Below, piece by piece: positions 43,724-54,714 of a stretch of DNA of 64,000 nt (position 1 is the stretch's first letter; each line of letters begins with the position of its first letter). A model generated the notes under the pieces. The model did no database searches and was not told the origin of the DNA. It saw only the letters and a list, made by a program, of their open reading frames with translations. The DNA lies in IMG/VR virus record IMGVR_UViG_3300002026_001292; one strand, 5' to 3'. The position numbers were made by a program, and so were the translations under genes. This DNA comes from an uncultured virus (IMG/VR IMGVR_UViG_3300002026_001292). Taxonomy: Duplodnaviria > Heunggongvirae > Uroviricota > Caudoviricetes.

Positions 43724-46261
43724 ATGCAAGTATACGCCATGAAATTTAATAACTTCCTTCGTTTTGGGGAAGTGAATAATACAATAGTCTTTGATTTGAC
43801 TCCTCAACAAAAGGCTGATTTGTTAAATGAAACTATTACCATGGATTCTATATATGAATCTGTTGCAAAAGATCCGTTTGGACATATTAACACCGTAAAA
43901 GGTAGAGGTATCGAGAAACAAATTGGAATCATGGGTATTATTAATGGAGATTCCGATTCTTCTAATGGGGCAGGTAAAAGTAGCATACTGGAAGGAATTT
44001 GTTATGCACACTATGAGAAGATTGTTCGTAAAACAGCTAATAATGATAAAATTGAAAAAGCAGGATTGTCAGTTGTTACAAAGTTAGATGGTAAATATCC
44101 AGCTAATCTAAAAGATTCATATGTTGAAGAATACTTTGAGGAAAATGGGTCTATCTATCGTTTGAAGCGAGGAAGAACTTTTTCTAAAAACCAATCTAGT
44201 AGTCAACCACTTTTGGAGTTTGAATGCATTAGCGAATCGTCTGTAGATAGCAGAAGCGGACACCGTACTGGAGATACCAAAGATTCAATTTCAGATGTTA
44301 TAACGATGGATTATGACGTATTTGTGAACAGTCAGATGTTTGGTCAAAGTGATGCTGGCAAATATTTAACTGGAACTGATAAAACCAAGAAAGAGATGTT
44401 GATCAGTTTGCTAAGGCTTGAGAAGGTAGTAGATGGATGTCTTGAATTAATTCGTAAGAAGAAAAACGCACAGGAAAAGGTAGTTAATGAGATCACTTCT
44501 AAGATTAAGTTTATGGAAGATATGTTTTCTCAAGGTATGACTAAGTATTGTGAGTCAAAAGACAATTATTCAACAGAGGAATATCCGCAAAGAATACTTG
44601 ACGCCCTTCAATTAACTGTAAAAGACGGCAAGGATAAACTTGAAAAATGTGACAAAAAGAAGTTAGAGCTTCAAGCTAATATCGATTTATTGTTGAAAGA
44701 TGACAGGATAACAAAGGCTTCTAAGATAAAAGAAGAGGGATTGCGTAAAAAGGAAGAAAAGGCAACCAAGGAAAAGGAAAAGAAACAAAGAGTCGATGAA
44801 TGGGAAACCTTGCAGAAATCTTCAGTTAAAGATGTTAGCGATATACAAAATGACATTGCAACTAAAACGAAAAGGATTGTATCTGTTAAGGAGTCGATTA
44901 CTTCATTGAAAGCTAAAGTAGAAGCGTTTGATGGTGAAAAGTGCAAAAAACAACTTGAAATCATTAATAAGGCTAAAGAGAAACAACCGTCCGTCAAGGA
45001 TATGTCTATAAAATTAAATCTTGAAAGAGAGGAGCTAATCAAGAACATTGCTACACTAAATGGCAATAAAAAAGATCTCAATTTGGAAAACAATGAATTA
45101 AAAACTCAAATTTCGAATGTAAAAGATGGCGAGGATTTTATTTGTGAAAAATGCAAAAGCAAAGTGACAAAAGAACATATATTGTCTGAAATAGAAATAA
45201 ATGCAAAGAAGATGGAAGTTATTGATTTGAAAGTTGAAGAAGCGACTAAAAGCAAAGTTGCCATAGAGAAAGATATTGCAGACATAAGTGAAAAAACTGA
45301 AAAGATAAATAAGTATATTCTAGCTGAACCAAAGATACTTGGAGAGATTGAAACAAATAAAGCTTTGCAGAATAATATCGTAACCGTTAATCAAAATTTG
45401 GTAGACTTAGAAGCTGAAATGGTAGATTTGAATAAACGGTTAAAGATTTCCAATGACAAGGTTCAAGAGTATGGATTGAAGATAACTACTATTTCATCGG
45501 AATTTGACACCGATATCAAATCAATTGAAGATAAAATGGTTCAATTGCGATTGGATTATGAAAAAGCCAGTAATGAAGCTAAGGTTGTCGAACAAGAAAT
45601 AACTAAAGTAAAAGAAACAGTCGTTAAAATAGATGAAGTCAAGAATGGTACTAGCGAGAAGTTAGGCTTTTTGGAACGCGAAATAACTCATTTTAATCAG
45701 CTTAAGGACTCATTGGTTGAAAAACGGGCGGAATATATCGTAGAAAGCAAAGTTTTTCATAGATATGGCTTATTAGAGAGCGTATACGGGCTAGAAGGGA
45801 TACAAACGAGAATAGTCAATCGTTATTTGCCATTATTAAACGCTTATACAAAAGAGTTCTTGGATATTTTGAGTCGAGGAACTATAATAGTTGACCAGAC
45901 CATCAATGATCGTTCGAAAATTGATATGAATATATATGGTGGGTCAGCGGATACTTATGAGATGTTGAGTGGTGGCGAAAAGATGATTGTTAGGTTGGCG
46001 GTTGACATCGGATTATCATTGTTGAGTTTTTCAAGGTCATCTCAAAAGCCAGAGATTATATGTTTAGACGAGATATTTGGGCAATTGGATAAAAGCAATA
46101 CGGATTCTGTGTTTGAGATGTTAGATAAATTGCAGGATAAATTCAATAGGGTATTGATTATTACTCACGATCCAAAGATTCAAGCTAGGATAAGAAGCAA
46201 TATAATAATTGAAAAAGACGCAGGAACGTTAGGATTAAGTGCTATAAAAAGGATAGAATAA
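43724..46261 (+). CDS. sbcC: SbcC/Rad50 ATPase
   Basis: NGAGKSS, coiled coil, CEKC zinc hook, LSGGE, LDE, ITH. Confidence 0.93.
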   Translation: MQVYAMKFNNFLRFGEVNNTIVFDLTPQQKADLLNETITMDSIYESVAKDPFGHINTVKGRGIEKQIGIMGIINGDSDSSNGAGKSSILEGICYAHYEKIVRKTANNDKIEKAGLSVVTKLDGKYPANLKDSYVEEYFEENGSIYRLKRGRTFSKNQSSSQPLLEFECISESSVDSRSGHRTGDTKDSISDVITMDYDVFVNSQMFGQSDAGKYLTGTDKTKKEMLISLLRLEKVVDGCLELIRKKKNAQEKVVNEITSKIKFMEDMFSQGMTKYCESKDNYSTEEYPQRILDALQLTVKDGKDKLEKCDKKKLELQANIDLLLKDDRITKASKIKEEGLRKKEEKATKEKEKKQRVDEWETLQKSSVKDVSDIQNDIATKTKRIVSVKESITSLKAKVEAFDGEKCKKQLEIINKAKEKQPSVKDMSIKLNLEREELIKNIATLNGNKKDLNLENNELKTQISNVKDGEDFICEKCKSKVTKEHILSEIEINAKKMEVIDLKVEEATKSKVAIEKDIADISEKTEKINKYILAEPKILGEIETNKALQNNIVTVNQNLVDLEAEMVDLNKRLKISNDKVQEYGLKITTISSEFDTDIKSIEDKMVQLRLDYEKASNEAKVVEQEITKVKETVVKIDEVKNGTSEKLGFLEREITHFNQLKDSLVEKRAEYIVESKVFHRYGLLESVYGLEGIQTRIVNRYLPLLNAYTKEFLDILSRGTIIVDQTINDRSKIDMNIYGGSADTYEMLSGGEKMIVRLAVDIGLSLLSFSRSSQKPEIICLDEIFGQLDKSNTDSVFEMLDKLQDKFNRVLIITHDPKIQARIRSNIIIEKDAGTLGLSAIKRIE

Positions 46262-46275
46262 TAGGAGTAAGGAAA

Positions 46276-47061
46276 ATGGGCAACAAATCAAAGACTAAGA
46301 AAAAGAAAACATCTGTGAAAAATAGAACGGATTTGAAAAGCGTTCTTCAAAGTATTTATCATGATACTGCTGATTTAAGTACTACGTGTTGTCATCAATG
46401 CCAGTGTTGTAATGTTGCAATGCCTCAACTAAATAGCAGTGAATACATTCAAATAGCAACAACCATATGGAAATCTAAATCGCATGAAGACATCTTGGAT
46501 ATTATTTGCAAGAGTGTGGAATATTTTTTCAGATACGAATATACGAAGTGGGGTATGGATGCACTGATTAAACCATGTATGTTCTTGGGCAAAGATAAGA
46601 ATTGCGATATATATGAAGATCGTCCTCTTTCTTGCCGAATTTATGGCTTGTGGCCGGACAGTGTATATAATAATCGCGTTGATAGATTCGCAAAGGCTTA
46701 TGAAAAACATGGACTAAAAAGAGAAGAGTTGCCATTACATAAACAATGCCCAATGGTAAAAAGAGTTAATCCTGAAGTTGAATTGACGGAAGAAGTAATA
46801 AATGGATTGTTTAAGCAACTAGACGATCTTGACAGTAAGATAGGTTCATTTAGTGATCTTCAAATTCGACAGAAAGAAAATTACCGTACATTCCACGATT
46901 GGTTGTTATTGAATATTTTCGGAGAAGATTGGCTTTCTCAATTGACCACCTTTATTTTGGCGGCTGATAGAAAGACTATGGAAGAGCAAATCGAAGCGAT
47001 TAAAACAGTCATACGAGAGAATTTCAAATCAAATTTGCCCCAATTAACAAAAATAGGATAG
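46276..47061 (+). CDS. YkgJ/FliB-like Cys-cluster (CxxCxxCC) protein
   Basis: CCHQCQCC, CMFL..CDIYEDRPLSCR. Confidence 0.8.
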   Translation: MGNKSKTKKKKTSVKNRTDLKSVLQSIYHDTADLSTTCCHQCQCCNVAMPQLNSSEYIQIATTIWKSKSHEDILDIICKSVEYFFRYEYTKWGMDALIKPCMFLGKDKNCDIYEDRPLSCRIYGLWPDSVYNNRVDRFAKAYEKHGLKREELPLHKQCPMVKRVNPEVELTEEVINGLFKQLDDLDSKIGSFSDLQIRQKENYRTFHDWLLLNIFGEDWLSQLTTFILAADRKTMEEQIEAIKTVIRENFKSNLPQLTKIG

Positions 47062-47069
47062 GATTAAAT

Positions 47070-47330
47070 ATGGGTACTCCAGTTAAAAAGTTAGTTAAAG
47101 TGCTTGAAGCTAAGTATGTCAAAGATGCTGATTCGATATTGATTGTTGGAGAATGTGAAGACGGTAAATTCAACAATCAAATAAATAGCTCTTGCTTTAC
47201 ATTTGGCAATAAGGATAGAGTTGTTGAAATGGAAAAAACAGCAGCCCTAATGGTAGGTAAGTCAATTTATATGGTTTTCGATACAGAACTAGAACAAAAA
47301 CTAAAGAGTCATAGTCCGATTAATTATTAA
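47070..47330 (+). CDS. hypothetical protein
   Basis: ORF with RBS. Confidence 0.55.
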   Translation: MGTPVKKLVKVLEAKYVKDADSILIVGECEDGKFNNQINSSCFTFGNKDRVVEMEKTAALMVGKSIYMVFDTELEQKLKSHSPINY

Positions 47331-47339
47331 GGAGGTTTT

Positions 47340-47657
47340 ATGCAACTTGAATTGTTCGATTTAGAGGAAGACAATAGAATTAAATATATGTACACCTATA
47401 TAAAGGTTAAACTATATCGTACTCTTTATTGGTTCCCTGACGCTAAAGAAATAGTTGAAATTGGAGAAAAGTTTAAAGTTACAGGTAGGCTCCCATTAGA
47501 TTGTTTTATCTCTATCGCTAAAGAATATATCAAATTTATGGAAGAGAATTTGGAAGTGCTTGAGTTTGAAGATGAAGATTATTTTGATAAAAATGCGATT
47601 GAAGACCATAAGAAAATAATAGCATTTTATCAAAAACATTTAAAAATAGAGGAATGA
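47340..47657 (+). CDS. hypothetical protein
   Basis: AAGGAGG RBS. Confidence 0.55.
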   Translation: MQLELFDLEEDNRIKYMYTYIKVKLYRTLYWFPDAKEIVEIGEKFKVTGRLPLDCFISIAKEYIKFMEENLEVLEFEDEDYFDKNAIEDHKKIIAFYQKHLKIEE

Positions 47658-47923
47658 TTATGGATATATTTTTTATTTATGCTGAAGATTGCGTTGATTG
47701 TAAAAGGATGGAAACGTTTTTGAAAGTAGCGACCCTATCTAAAAACATAAATATTGTACATATAAATAGTGAATCTAATGAAGCTATTGATGTTGCAGTT
47801 AAATACGGGATAGAAGATTTGCCAGCTTGTGTGATAGGAGATTCGGTATTTTTTGGTAAAGATAGATTCACATACAATGAAATATTAGAGGCAGTTAATA
47901 CAATGGTTGCTAAGAAAGGTTGA
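47654..47923 (+). CDS. thioredoxin/glutaredoxin-like protein
   Basis: CVDC, YGIEDLP. Confidence 0.75.
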   Translation: MIMDIFFIYAEDCVDCKRMETFLKVATLSKNINIVHINSESNEAIDVAVKYGIEDLPACVIGDSVFFGKDRFTYNEILEAVNTMVAKKG

Positions 47924-48764
47924 TAGAATTGTGGATCTTACAGATTTTTTAAAAGATATAAATAATGGGTACTCATTTTATCCATCCCCTTTTAATTATA
48001 CGGGAAGTAAATTCAATCTTTTACGTATACTTAAACCATATTTCCCAAAATCGTCAACACTTATAGATTTGTTTGTTGGTGGCGGGTCTATTTTTGTAAA
48101 CTCGCCAGAATATGAAAACATAATAGCTAATGATTGTATCGTCCCTTTAATAGAATTCTATAGATTTTTGCAGGCGACTAAGTGGGAAGATGTTATTAGA
48201 ACTATTTATGAAAGGAAAATATCAAATGACAAAGAGCAATATCTTAAGCTAAGGGAACGGTTTAATTGCACTCATGATTGTATTGACTTTTTTATTTTGG
48301 TCTGTTCTTGTACAAACAATATGATGCGATTCAACAAAAAACTTCAATTCAATCAAACATTCGGGGAACGTTCATTTAATCAGAATACCGAAAGAAAATT
48401 GCGACAATATCATAATGTGTTATTTAATAATGAAAACATCAAGTTCAGTTGTGATAGTTTTGTCAATATAAAACCACCATCTGGATCTTTCGTGTATTTA
48501 GATCCTCCGTATTTAATAACTGAAGCGGGGTATAATGCTTATTGGACTTCTGAATTAGAAGAGCGGCTTTATTTATATATTGATGAGTTGCATAAAAATG
48601 ATGTTAAATTTATGCTCTCGAATGTATCACAGCATAAAGATAAAATAAATCCAAATCTTCATAAATTAGAAAAATACAATATAATAGATATAACATATGA
48701 TTACAATAAGGTAAGTAGGAGTGGCAATTCAAATTCAAAGGAAATTATTGTTACGAATTATTGA
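47907..48764 (+). CDS. Dam-like DNA adenine methyltransferase (D12 class)
   Basis: YTGSK, DLFVGGG, YLDPPY. Confidence 0.92.
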   Translation: MLRKVDRIVDLTDFLKDINNGYSFYPSPFNYTGSKFNLLRILKPYFPKSSTLIDLFVGGGSIFVNSPEYENIIANDCIVPLIEFYRFLQATKWEDVIRTIYERKISNDKEQYLKLRERFNCTHDCIDFFILVCSCTNNMMRFNKKLQFNQTFGERSFNQNTERKLRQYHNVLFNNENIKFSCDSFVNIKPPSGSFVYLDPPYLITEAGYNAYWTSELEERLYLYIDELHKNDVKFMLSNVSQHKDKINPNLHKLEKYNIIDITYDYNKVSRSGNSNSKEIIVTNY

Positions 48765-48776
48765 AAGGATTGAAAA

Positions 48777-49523
48777 TTGAACAAACCGATAATATTATTT
48801 ACAAATTTTTGGGATGCCAATAAGTTAATAGACAGGAAGTATTTTATATTTTCCAAAGACGATAAAACGTATAAGGTAAATCTAATTGATGATCCGCTTA
48901 ACTATAATGTGCTTTCCATAGCCTTAGCTCATCCGCCGATTAAGAGTCTGCCAAATATCAATTCTAGATTTAATTTAGATAGATTAGACTTTTTCTGTCC
49001 TACATATGATATGCTCATGGATTACAAAGGTGGTGGCGAATGGGATGATTACGTTAAAAAATATAAATTGTTATTGAAGAAAAGAAAATCTCAAATTGTT
49101 CAATGGATAAAGTCTTTGACGCCTGAGAGGGTCTATATATTATGTTGTTGGGAGAATACATCTAAAGGGGCTAATTGTCATCGGGATATCTTATATGATG
49201 TATTTACGGCTTCAGAATCGATGAAAGATAAGGCTATATACATATCTAGAGATGGAACTTGGGATGAAGGTATCGATGATGGATATAAAAAATCTGTATT
49301 GACTGTTAACCAACCTTCAAGTACGCACTCCGTAGAACAAATGAAAATGATGTCGCTATTGGATATGGTTGAACTTTTACAGAATGCTGAACAGAATGCT
49401 GATGGTATGTCTAACGAAAACGAATATATTATACCGGTAAAAATCGTAAAAAACGAAGACCCAACTAAGATTAAAGTACTATTAGATGAATGGTCTGTAT
49501 TTGAGGAAGCTGAAGAGGATTAA
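48777..49523 (+). CDS. DUF488-like protein
   Basis: P..L..Y...W..Y..KY; LCCWE....CHR. Confidence 0.6.
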   Translation: MNKPIILFTNFWDANKLIDRKYFIFSKDDKTYKVNLIDDPLNYNVLSIALAHPPIKSLPNINSRFNLDRLDFFCPTYDMLMDYKGGGEWDDYVKKYKLLLKKRKSQIVQWIKSLTPERVYILCCWENTSKGANCHRDILYDVFTASESMKDKAIYISRDGTWDEGIDDGYKKSVLTVNQPSSTHSVEQMKMMSLLDMVELLQNAEQNADGMSNENEYIIPVKIVKNEDPTKIKVLLDEWSVFEEAEED

Positions 49524-50246
49524 ATGAACACTTATCCAAACATATATGGTTTTAATCATTTTAGCGAGGCGGGACCAGATGAGTTCTCGCCTTCTATTTT
49601 CCTAGGCGGATGCAATTTGAGATGTCCATATTGTATGAATTCAAAGCTTGTTTTAGGTTATGAAAATTTGCCAACCGTAGACATTGAAAGCGTTAAAAAG
49701 TTCGTTATTGAAAACGAATGCGAATGGATTAACATTAGCGGAGGAGAAATAACAATTCAACAAACTGAAGATCTTATAGGATTGTTTGAAGAGATTAAAA
49801 GTTGGGGCTGTAGAATAGCAATATCAACAAACGGTATTTTGACGGATAAAATAAAATCAATAATTAAATATATCGATTATGTAACGATGGATATAAAAAC
49901 ATCTAGGTCTAGATATTATCTGCTATTTGAAGATTCGTTTGACCAAAAATGTTTCAATTATGTAGTTAATTCACTGAATGTATTGCGGGAACAAAAAAAG
50001 AGAAGAGATTTTAATTATGAGATAAGAACCACTTTATATCGTCCTTTAGTCGGGGTGGCGGAAGTCAAGAATATTGGTTCTATTATAAATGATGGGGAAA
50101 AATGGGTTTTGCAGCCATTTCGCAAAACTAAAAACATGTTAGATAAAGAATCGAACTATATTATCCCATACACGGAAGAGGAAGTCGAAAATTTGTTATT
50201 AATCGCTAGAAAGTATACTAATAATGCATCAATAAGGACGGTATAA
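49524..50246 (+). CDS. radical SAM protein, anaerobic RNR-activating (NrdG-like)
   Basis: GCNLRCPYC, SGGE, TNG, MDIK, EIRTT. Confidence 0.88.
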   Translation: MNTYPNIYGFNHFSEAGPDEFSPSIFLGGCNLRCPYCMNSKLVLGYENLPTVDIESVKKFVIENECEWINISGGEITIQQTEDLIGLFEEIKSWGCRIAISTNGILTDKIKSIIKYIDYVTMDIKTSRSRYYLLFEDSFDQKCFNYVVNSLNVLREQKKRRDFNYEIRTTLYRPLVGVAEVKNIGSIINDGEKWVLQPFRKTKNMLDKESNYIIPYTEEEVENLLLIARKYTNNASIRTV

Positions 50247-50809
50247 TGGAAATCATTCAAGATAAAAATATTTTAAAACAGATTTCAACTGAAGCAACGG
50301 TTGAAGAGGCTAAAGATATATTAGAAAAGCTTGCGTATTCGCTTTCTTTTTGTGAGGGTGGCGTTGGACTATCTGCTATACAAATAGGGATAGCAAAGAG
50401 AGTTTTTATAATTAAAGAACATGGTGTTTATCAACATTTCATAAATCCCAAACTCGTTTCTTGCGAAGGTGAATTTGTATTTGAAAAAGAAAGATGTTTG
50501 TCCTTCCCAGGTGTAATTTTAAACACAAAAAGATATTATCATTATGTTCTAACTAGAGACGTTTTGGAAGGAGACTCATTTAGACAGGAAACTAATTATT
50601 TTTATTATCCTGAGGAGATAGACGAAGTTTTCAATAGGCAAAATTTCATATCTTCAATTGCCGTTCAGCATGAAATGGATCATCTAGACGGTAAAATGCT
50701 AATTGATTATGGATTTCAAATTTATAGTAAGGTTGGCAGAAACGATCCTTGTCCTTGTGGTAAAACAATAGATGGTAAACCCGTAAAGTACAAAAAATGT
50801 TGCGGTTAG
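50246..50809 (+). CDS. def: peptide deformylase with C-terminal SEC-C motif
   Basis: GVGLSAIQIG, ERCLS, QHEMDH; GRNDPCPCG...KYKKCCG. Confidence 0.92.
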   Translation: MEIIQDKNILKQISTEATVEEAKDILEKLAYSLSFCEGGVGLSAIQIGIAKRVFIIKEHGVYQHFINPKLVSCEGEFVFEKERCLSFPGVILNTKRYYHYVLTRDVLEGDSFRQETNYFYYPEEIDEVFNRQNFISSIAVQHEMDHLDGKMLIDYGFQIYSKVGRNDPCPCGKTIDGKPVKYKKCCG

Positions 50810-51231
50810 CCTTCCATGTATTCCATGAATTGTTTTAGCAGGTCATCTAGTCGTTGTACTAAGTCTCTGTTGTCTTGTTTTAATTCTTCTAGGCTTTTTG
50901 AACTGTTTTTGCTTTCAACTTTAAGTTTTTCGACTTCTACATGTTGAGCGTTGACGATTTCTTTAATCCCATTTAGTTTGTTTTCTTTATCTTGTATCTC
51001 TTCTTTAAGCTTTTTCTCTTTGTCTTGCATTCCTTTATCAAGTTCCATTAAATAGGGGGAGGTTCTTAGATTTTCGTCATTTATTTTATGATTTGGTCCG
51101 AATATTTTTATAAGTGTACCCATGGCAGTAAGACAAAAAGCCGTTACTGATAGAATTACTGTTAGATTGGCAGTCCCTATCAGAGATGTCCATGTTGCCC
51201 ATGTCGCTAATGTTATAAATTCTAATGCCAT
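50806..51231 (-). CDS. membrane-anchored coiled-coil protein
   Basis: Hydrophobic N-terminus, long coiled coil. Confidence 0.65.
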   Translation of the reverse strand: MALEFITLATWATWTSLIGTANLTVILSVTAFCLTAMGTLIKIFGPNHKINDENLRTSPYLMELDKGMQDKEKKLKEEIQDKENKLNGIKEIVNAQHVEVEKLKVESKNSSKSLEELKQDNRDLVQRLDDLLKQFMEYMEG

Positions 51232-51232
51232 T

Positions 51233-52558
51233 TTATTTCCCTTTTATATCACCATAATTTGCGATGGTGTTTCTTAAATCCCTAATGTTATTTCTTAATC
51301 TATCCCTATTCTTTTCCTTTTGAATTAGTTGTTCCATCTCTTTTCTTTTCTTGGCACTTATATCGGTTAATAATACGAACACTTTTTTATATCCATTATT
51401 AAAAAGACTTGCGTTCATACTAACCCATTTGAATGCAGAGTTTTTTGTTAATGATATTTCAACATTAGTAACTGTTGTACCTGCCATTATTTTTTTCCAA
51501 GCCGTATCATATGCTGGAATGCTTTCGGTGGACACCAAAGCTCTTAATGGCATTTTATTAACACTATTAATTCCGTTATTGAATCCTAATAAATTTATAA
51601 AACTTTCGCTACATTCATTTATATTGCTATCAGTGTTTAATATTAAATAAATTGCATTAGTTGAATCCAATAGTTGTTGATATTTGTGTACATTTTCGAC
51701 AATAGCTAAGCTGACTTTCTTTTCAGAGTCAATATCGACAATTTGACCAACAAAATAAAGAGAATGACCCTCTTCATCTTTGACAAGGCTTATCCCCATA
51801 TAAACCCATATTTTATTTTGCAGTTTATCTATTATTTGTTTTTCGCCTTTGGTTGAAAAGTCATTAGGGTCGTTGGAGATTAAAGTATTAATTTCTTCTT
51901 GTAGGATCTCTGGTTTATCCATGATTTGTTCAATTTTTATATTTTTTAGTTCAGTAAGTGAATATTTTGTCAATTCGCAAAATGCATCATTAGCTTCAAC
52001 AATTTGACCATTCATATTGAAAACAATCATTCCGACAACGCCATGGTAAAAAGATTTGTCGAATTTAGCTTTGCTTTCAATGTATTTATCATTTGTCATT
52101 TTATTTTGGGTTATATCGGTCATTACCAGTATCACGTTCCCATAGCTAGTTTCATCTGGAAATTCAACCTGTATGATAACATGGATCAAATTACCCTTTA
52201 ATGTCATTATTTCGCTTTCTACTTCAAACGTTTGATGACCGCTATAAAGAGCAATCATCTCTTTTTTAAAAGCTTCTTGACTTGATTCTGTAAAAGTCCT
52301 TATAATGGGTGTATTAATGAGTTCTTCTAATGAGTCGGCTTCGTGCATTTCAATCGCTTTTTTATTAGCACGAGTAATCTTAATTGAGTCGGCGAGCTGT
52401 TTAACAAGATCTTTGTTTTGATTGATATAACATTTAAATCCATCAACGGGCACTATATCTCTTAATGAGTTAAGTATAGATTTTACTTCGCTCCAATCTT
52501 CTTCCCATATTCCAATCGGGGCGTTGTTGAATATTGTTTCGTATTTATTGGTTGTCAT
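51233..52558 (-). CDS. triple-PAS sensor protein without output domain
   Basis: FNNAPIGIWEED, DITQNK, NDAFCEL..YS, DID, DISAKK PAS/PAC motifs; SigH-type promoter 52568-52594. Confidence 0.85.
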   Translation of the reverse strand: MTTNKYETIFNNAPIGIWEEDWSEVKSILNSLRDIVPVDGFKCYINQNKDLVKQLADSIKITRANKKAIEMHEADSLEELINTPIIRTFTESSQEAFKKEMIALYSGHQTFEVESEIMTLKGNLIHVIIQVEFPDETSYGNVILVMTDITQNKMTNDKYIESKAKFDKSFYHGVVGMIVFNMNGQIVEANDAFCELTKYSLTELKNIKIEQIMDKPEILQEEINTLISNDPNDFSTKGEKQIIDKLQNKIWVYMGISLVKDEEGHSLYFVGQIVDIDSEKKVSLAIVENVHKYQQLLDSTNAIYLILNTDSNINECSESFINLLGFNNGINSVNKMPLRALVSTESIPAYDTAWKKIMAGTTVTNVEISLTKNSAFKWVSMNASLFNNGYKKVFVLLTDISAKKRKEMEQLIQKEKNRDRLRNNIRDLRNTIANYGDIKGK

Positions 52559-52665
52559 GATTAATATATTTCAGCATTTGTTAGCGGGAATCCTTTAGAA
52601 TGACAAGAAAATTGTATAATAATTCTAAATGCACTAACCAGACATTAATAATATAAGGTAAAAAT

Positions 52666-54696
52666 ATGAAATTATTTATTGTAGAAAGTCCAAGTAAATG
52701 TGGGAAACTAAAGGCTATATTGGGTAATGACTACCATGTTTTAGCTTCTGTTGGTCATATTAGAAGTATACCTAAAAAAGGGCTGAACATTGATGTAAAA
52801 AACAATTTTGCTCCTACTTTTGAGATTTCTAGTGATAAAAAGAAAGTCGTAAAAGAACTTAAAGAAGCGGCTGCAAAGGCAGAATCCATAATTTTAGCAA
52901 CGGACCCGGACAGAGAGGGAGAGGCGATAGCGTGGCATATATACGATTTATTTAACCAAGAATGTAAGAAAAAATGCAAAAGAGTTACTTTCGATTCAAT
53001 TACCAAAGATGCTGTAATGAAGGGGATGAAGAATCAACGAGATATCGATATGGATCAAGTACATGCTCAACAGGCTAGGCAGATTCTTGATAGATTGGTT
53101 GGATACAAAATATCGCCTGTATTATGGTTCTCAGTTGGTTCTGGAACATCTGCGGGTAGAGTTCAATCTATCGCACTGAAATTTGTTTGTCAAAGAGAAA
53201 AAGAAATAATAGATTTCAAACCAACTGATTTTTGGTATATTGATGCTCTTTTGCAATCTAAAAACGGTGATTTTTGGGCGAAAGTAGTAACCAAGGATAA
53301 AGACAATCGATATCTGGACGAACAATTGTCTAAAGATGATTTGGCGAAACTTAATAAATCTAAATTCAATGTAGAATCAATAGATCTTAAAGAAAAGAAA
53401 ACAAATGCCTATGCTCCATTCGACACATCTTCTCTATTACAGGCGGCAACTTCTAATTTTGGATGGTCAGTTAAGAAAGCAACTATGTTAGCTCAAAAGC
53501 TTTATGAGAGCGGTATGGTTAGTTATATTAGAACAGATTCGTTTAATATATCGGATGAAGCGATGAAAGAAGTAAGGGAGTATATTGCAAAATCAATCGA
53601 TAAAACGTATCTTCCATCGCATCCTAATGTATATAAGAAAAAATCGAAAGCTGCTGCTCAAGAGGCTCACGAATGCATTAGACCGACTCATTGTGACAAT
53701 AAGGGAAGTTTGATTGAGGACGCTGATGAAAAGAAACTATATGAATTAATTCGTAGTCGTTTTATAGCTTGTCAAATGAACCCAATGATTATGGATACGG
53801 TTTCTTATACCATTAAGGCGGATTGTGGAAATACATTGGTAGCAAAAGGTCAAACGATAAAGTTCGATGGATGGTCAAAGGTTTATACATATACAAATAC
53901 CCAAGAAACAGAACTTCCAGTTGTTAAAGAGGGTGAGAAGTTGGATCTGAAGGATATCAAAATGACGAAGCATACAACGCAACCGCCATCGAGATATAAT
54001 GAATCAAGTTTGGTAAAGAAGATGGAATCAGAGGGAGTTGGACGACCATCTACTTATGCTTCTATTATGGAAAGCATTCAGAAAAGAGGTTATGTTGAGA
54101 AAGCCAAGGGTAAAGGGGCTTTAGGTTCATCTGAATTAGGAATGAAGGTTTTTGATTTTCTTGAATTAAATTTCAAAGATTTTTTCATGGATGTTGGATT
54201 TACCGTTTCAATGGAAGATGATTTGTCACATATCGCGGATGGAGATAAGGATTATTTAAGCGTAATACAAAATGTTTACGATATTTTGCAAGAAGAAGTT
54301 AAAAAAGTAAAGACAAATGACAAAAATGCTCCTAAGAATGAAGATGCTACTACTGGAGAAAAATGTCAAGTATGTGAAGACGGTTTCATAGTAAAGCGTC
54401 ATGGTAAATTTGGTGATTTTTTTGCATGTAATAAATATCCTACATGTAAAACGGCATATTTGGAAGGTGAAGAAGGTAAATTTACAATTAAAGAGAAGAA
54501 AGTTTATAAGTCCACTGGGAATCCGTGTCCAGAATGTAAAAAGAAAGGAATGAAAGGAGAACTTTTAGAAAGAAGTAACAAAAGAGACGGAAGTGTATTT
54601 TTTGGATGCTCATTGTATCCAAAATGTCGGTATACATTCTCACCCCCAAAAGAATCAAAAGGAGCCGATGAAGTAGATGATTTAGGAATTGAATGA
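52666..54696 (+). CDS. topA: DNA topoisomerase I (type IA)
   Basis: IVESPSK, ATDPDREGE, SAGRVQ, SYIRTD, AHECIRPT, GRPSTY, C-terminal Zn ribbons. Confidence 0.97.
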   Translation: MKLFIVESPSKCGKLKAILGNDYHVLASVGHIRSIPKKGLNIDVKNNFAPTFEISSDKKKVVKELKEAAAKAESIILATDPDREGEAIAWHIYDLFNQECKKKCKRVTFDSITKDAVMKGMKNQRDIDMDQVHAQQARQILDRLVGYKISPVLWFSVGSGTSAGRVQSIALKFVCQREKEIIDFKPTDFWYIDALLQSKNGDFWAKVVTKDKDNRYLDEQLSKDDLAKLNKSKFNVESIDLKEKKTNAYAPFDTSSLLQAATSNFGWSVKKATMLAQKLYESGMVSYIRTDSFNISDEAMKEVREYIAKSIDKTYLPSHPNVYKKKSKAAAQEAHECIRPTHCDNKGSLIEDADEKKLYELIRSRFIACQMNPMIMDTVSYTIKADCGNTLVAKGQTIKFDGWSKVYTYTNTQETELPVVKEGEKLDLKDIKMTKHTTQPPSRYNESSLVKKMESEGVGRPSTYASIMESIQKRGYVEKAKGKGALGSSELGMKVFDFLELNFKDFFMDVGFTVSMEDDLSHIADGDKDYLSVIQNVYDILQEEVKKVKTNDKNAPKNEDATTGEKCQVCEDGFIVKRHGKFGDFFACNKYPTCKTAYLEGEEGKFTIKEKKVYKSTGNPCPECKKKGMKGELLERSNKRDGSVFFGCSLYPKCRYTFSPPKESKGADEVDDLGIE

Positions 54697-54714
54697 TGGG
54701 TTTAGAAGATTTAT

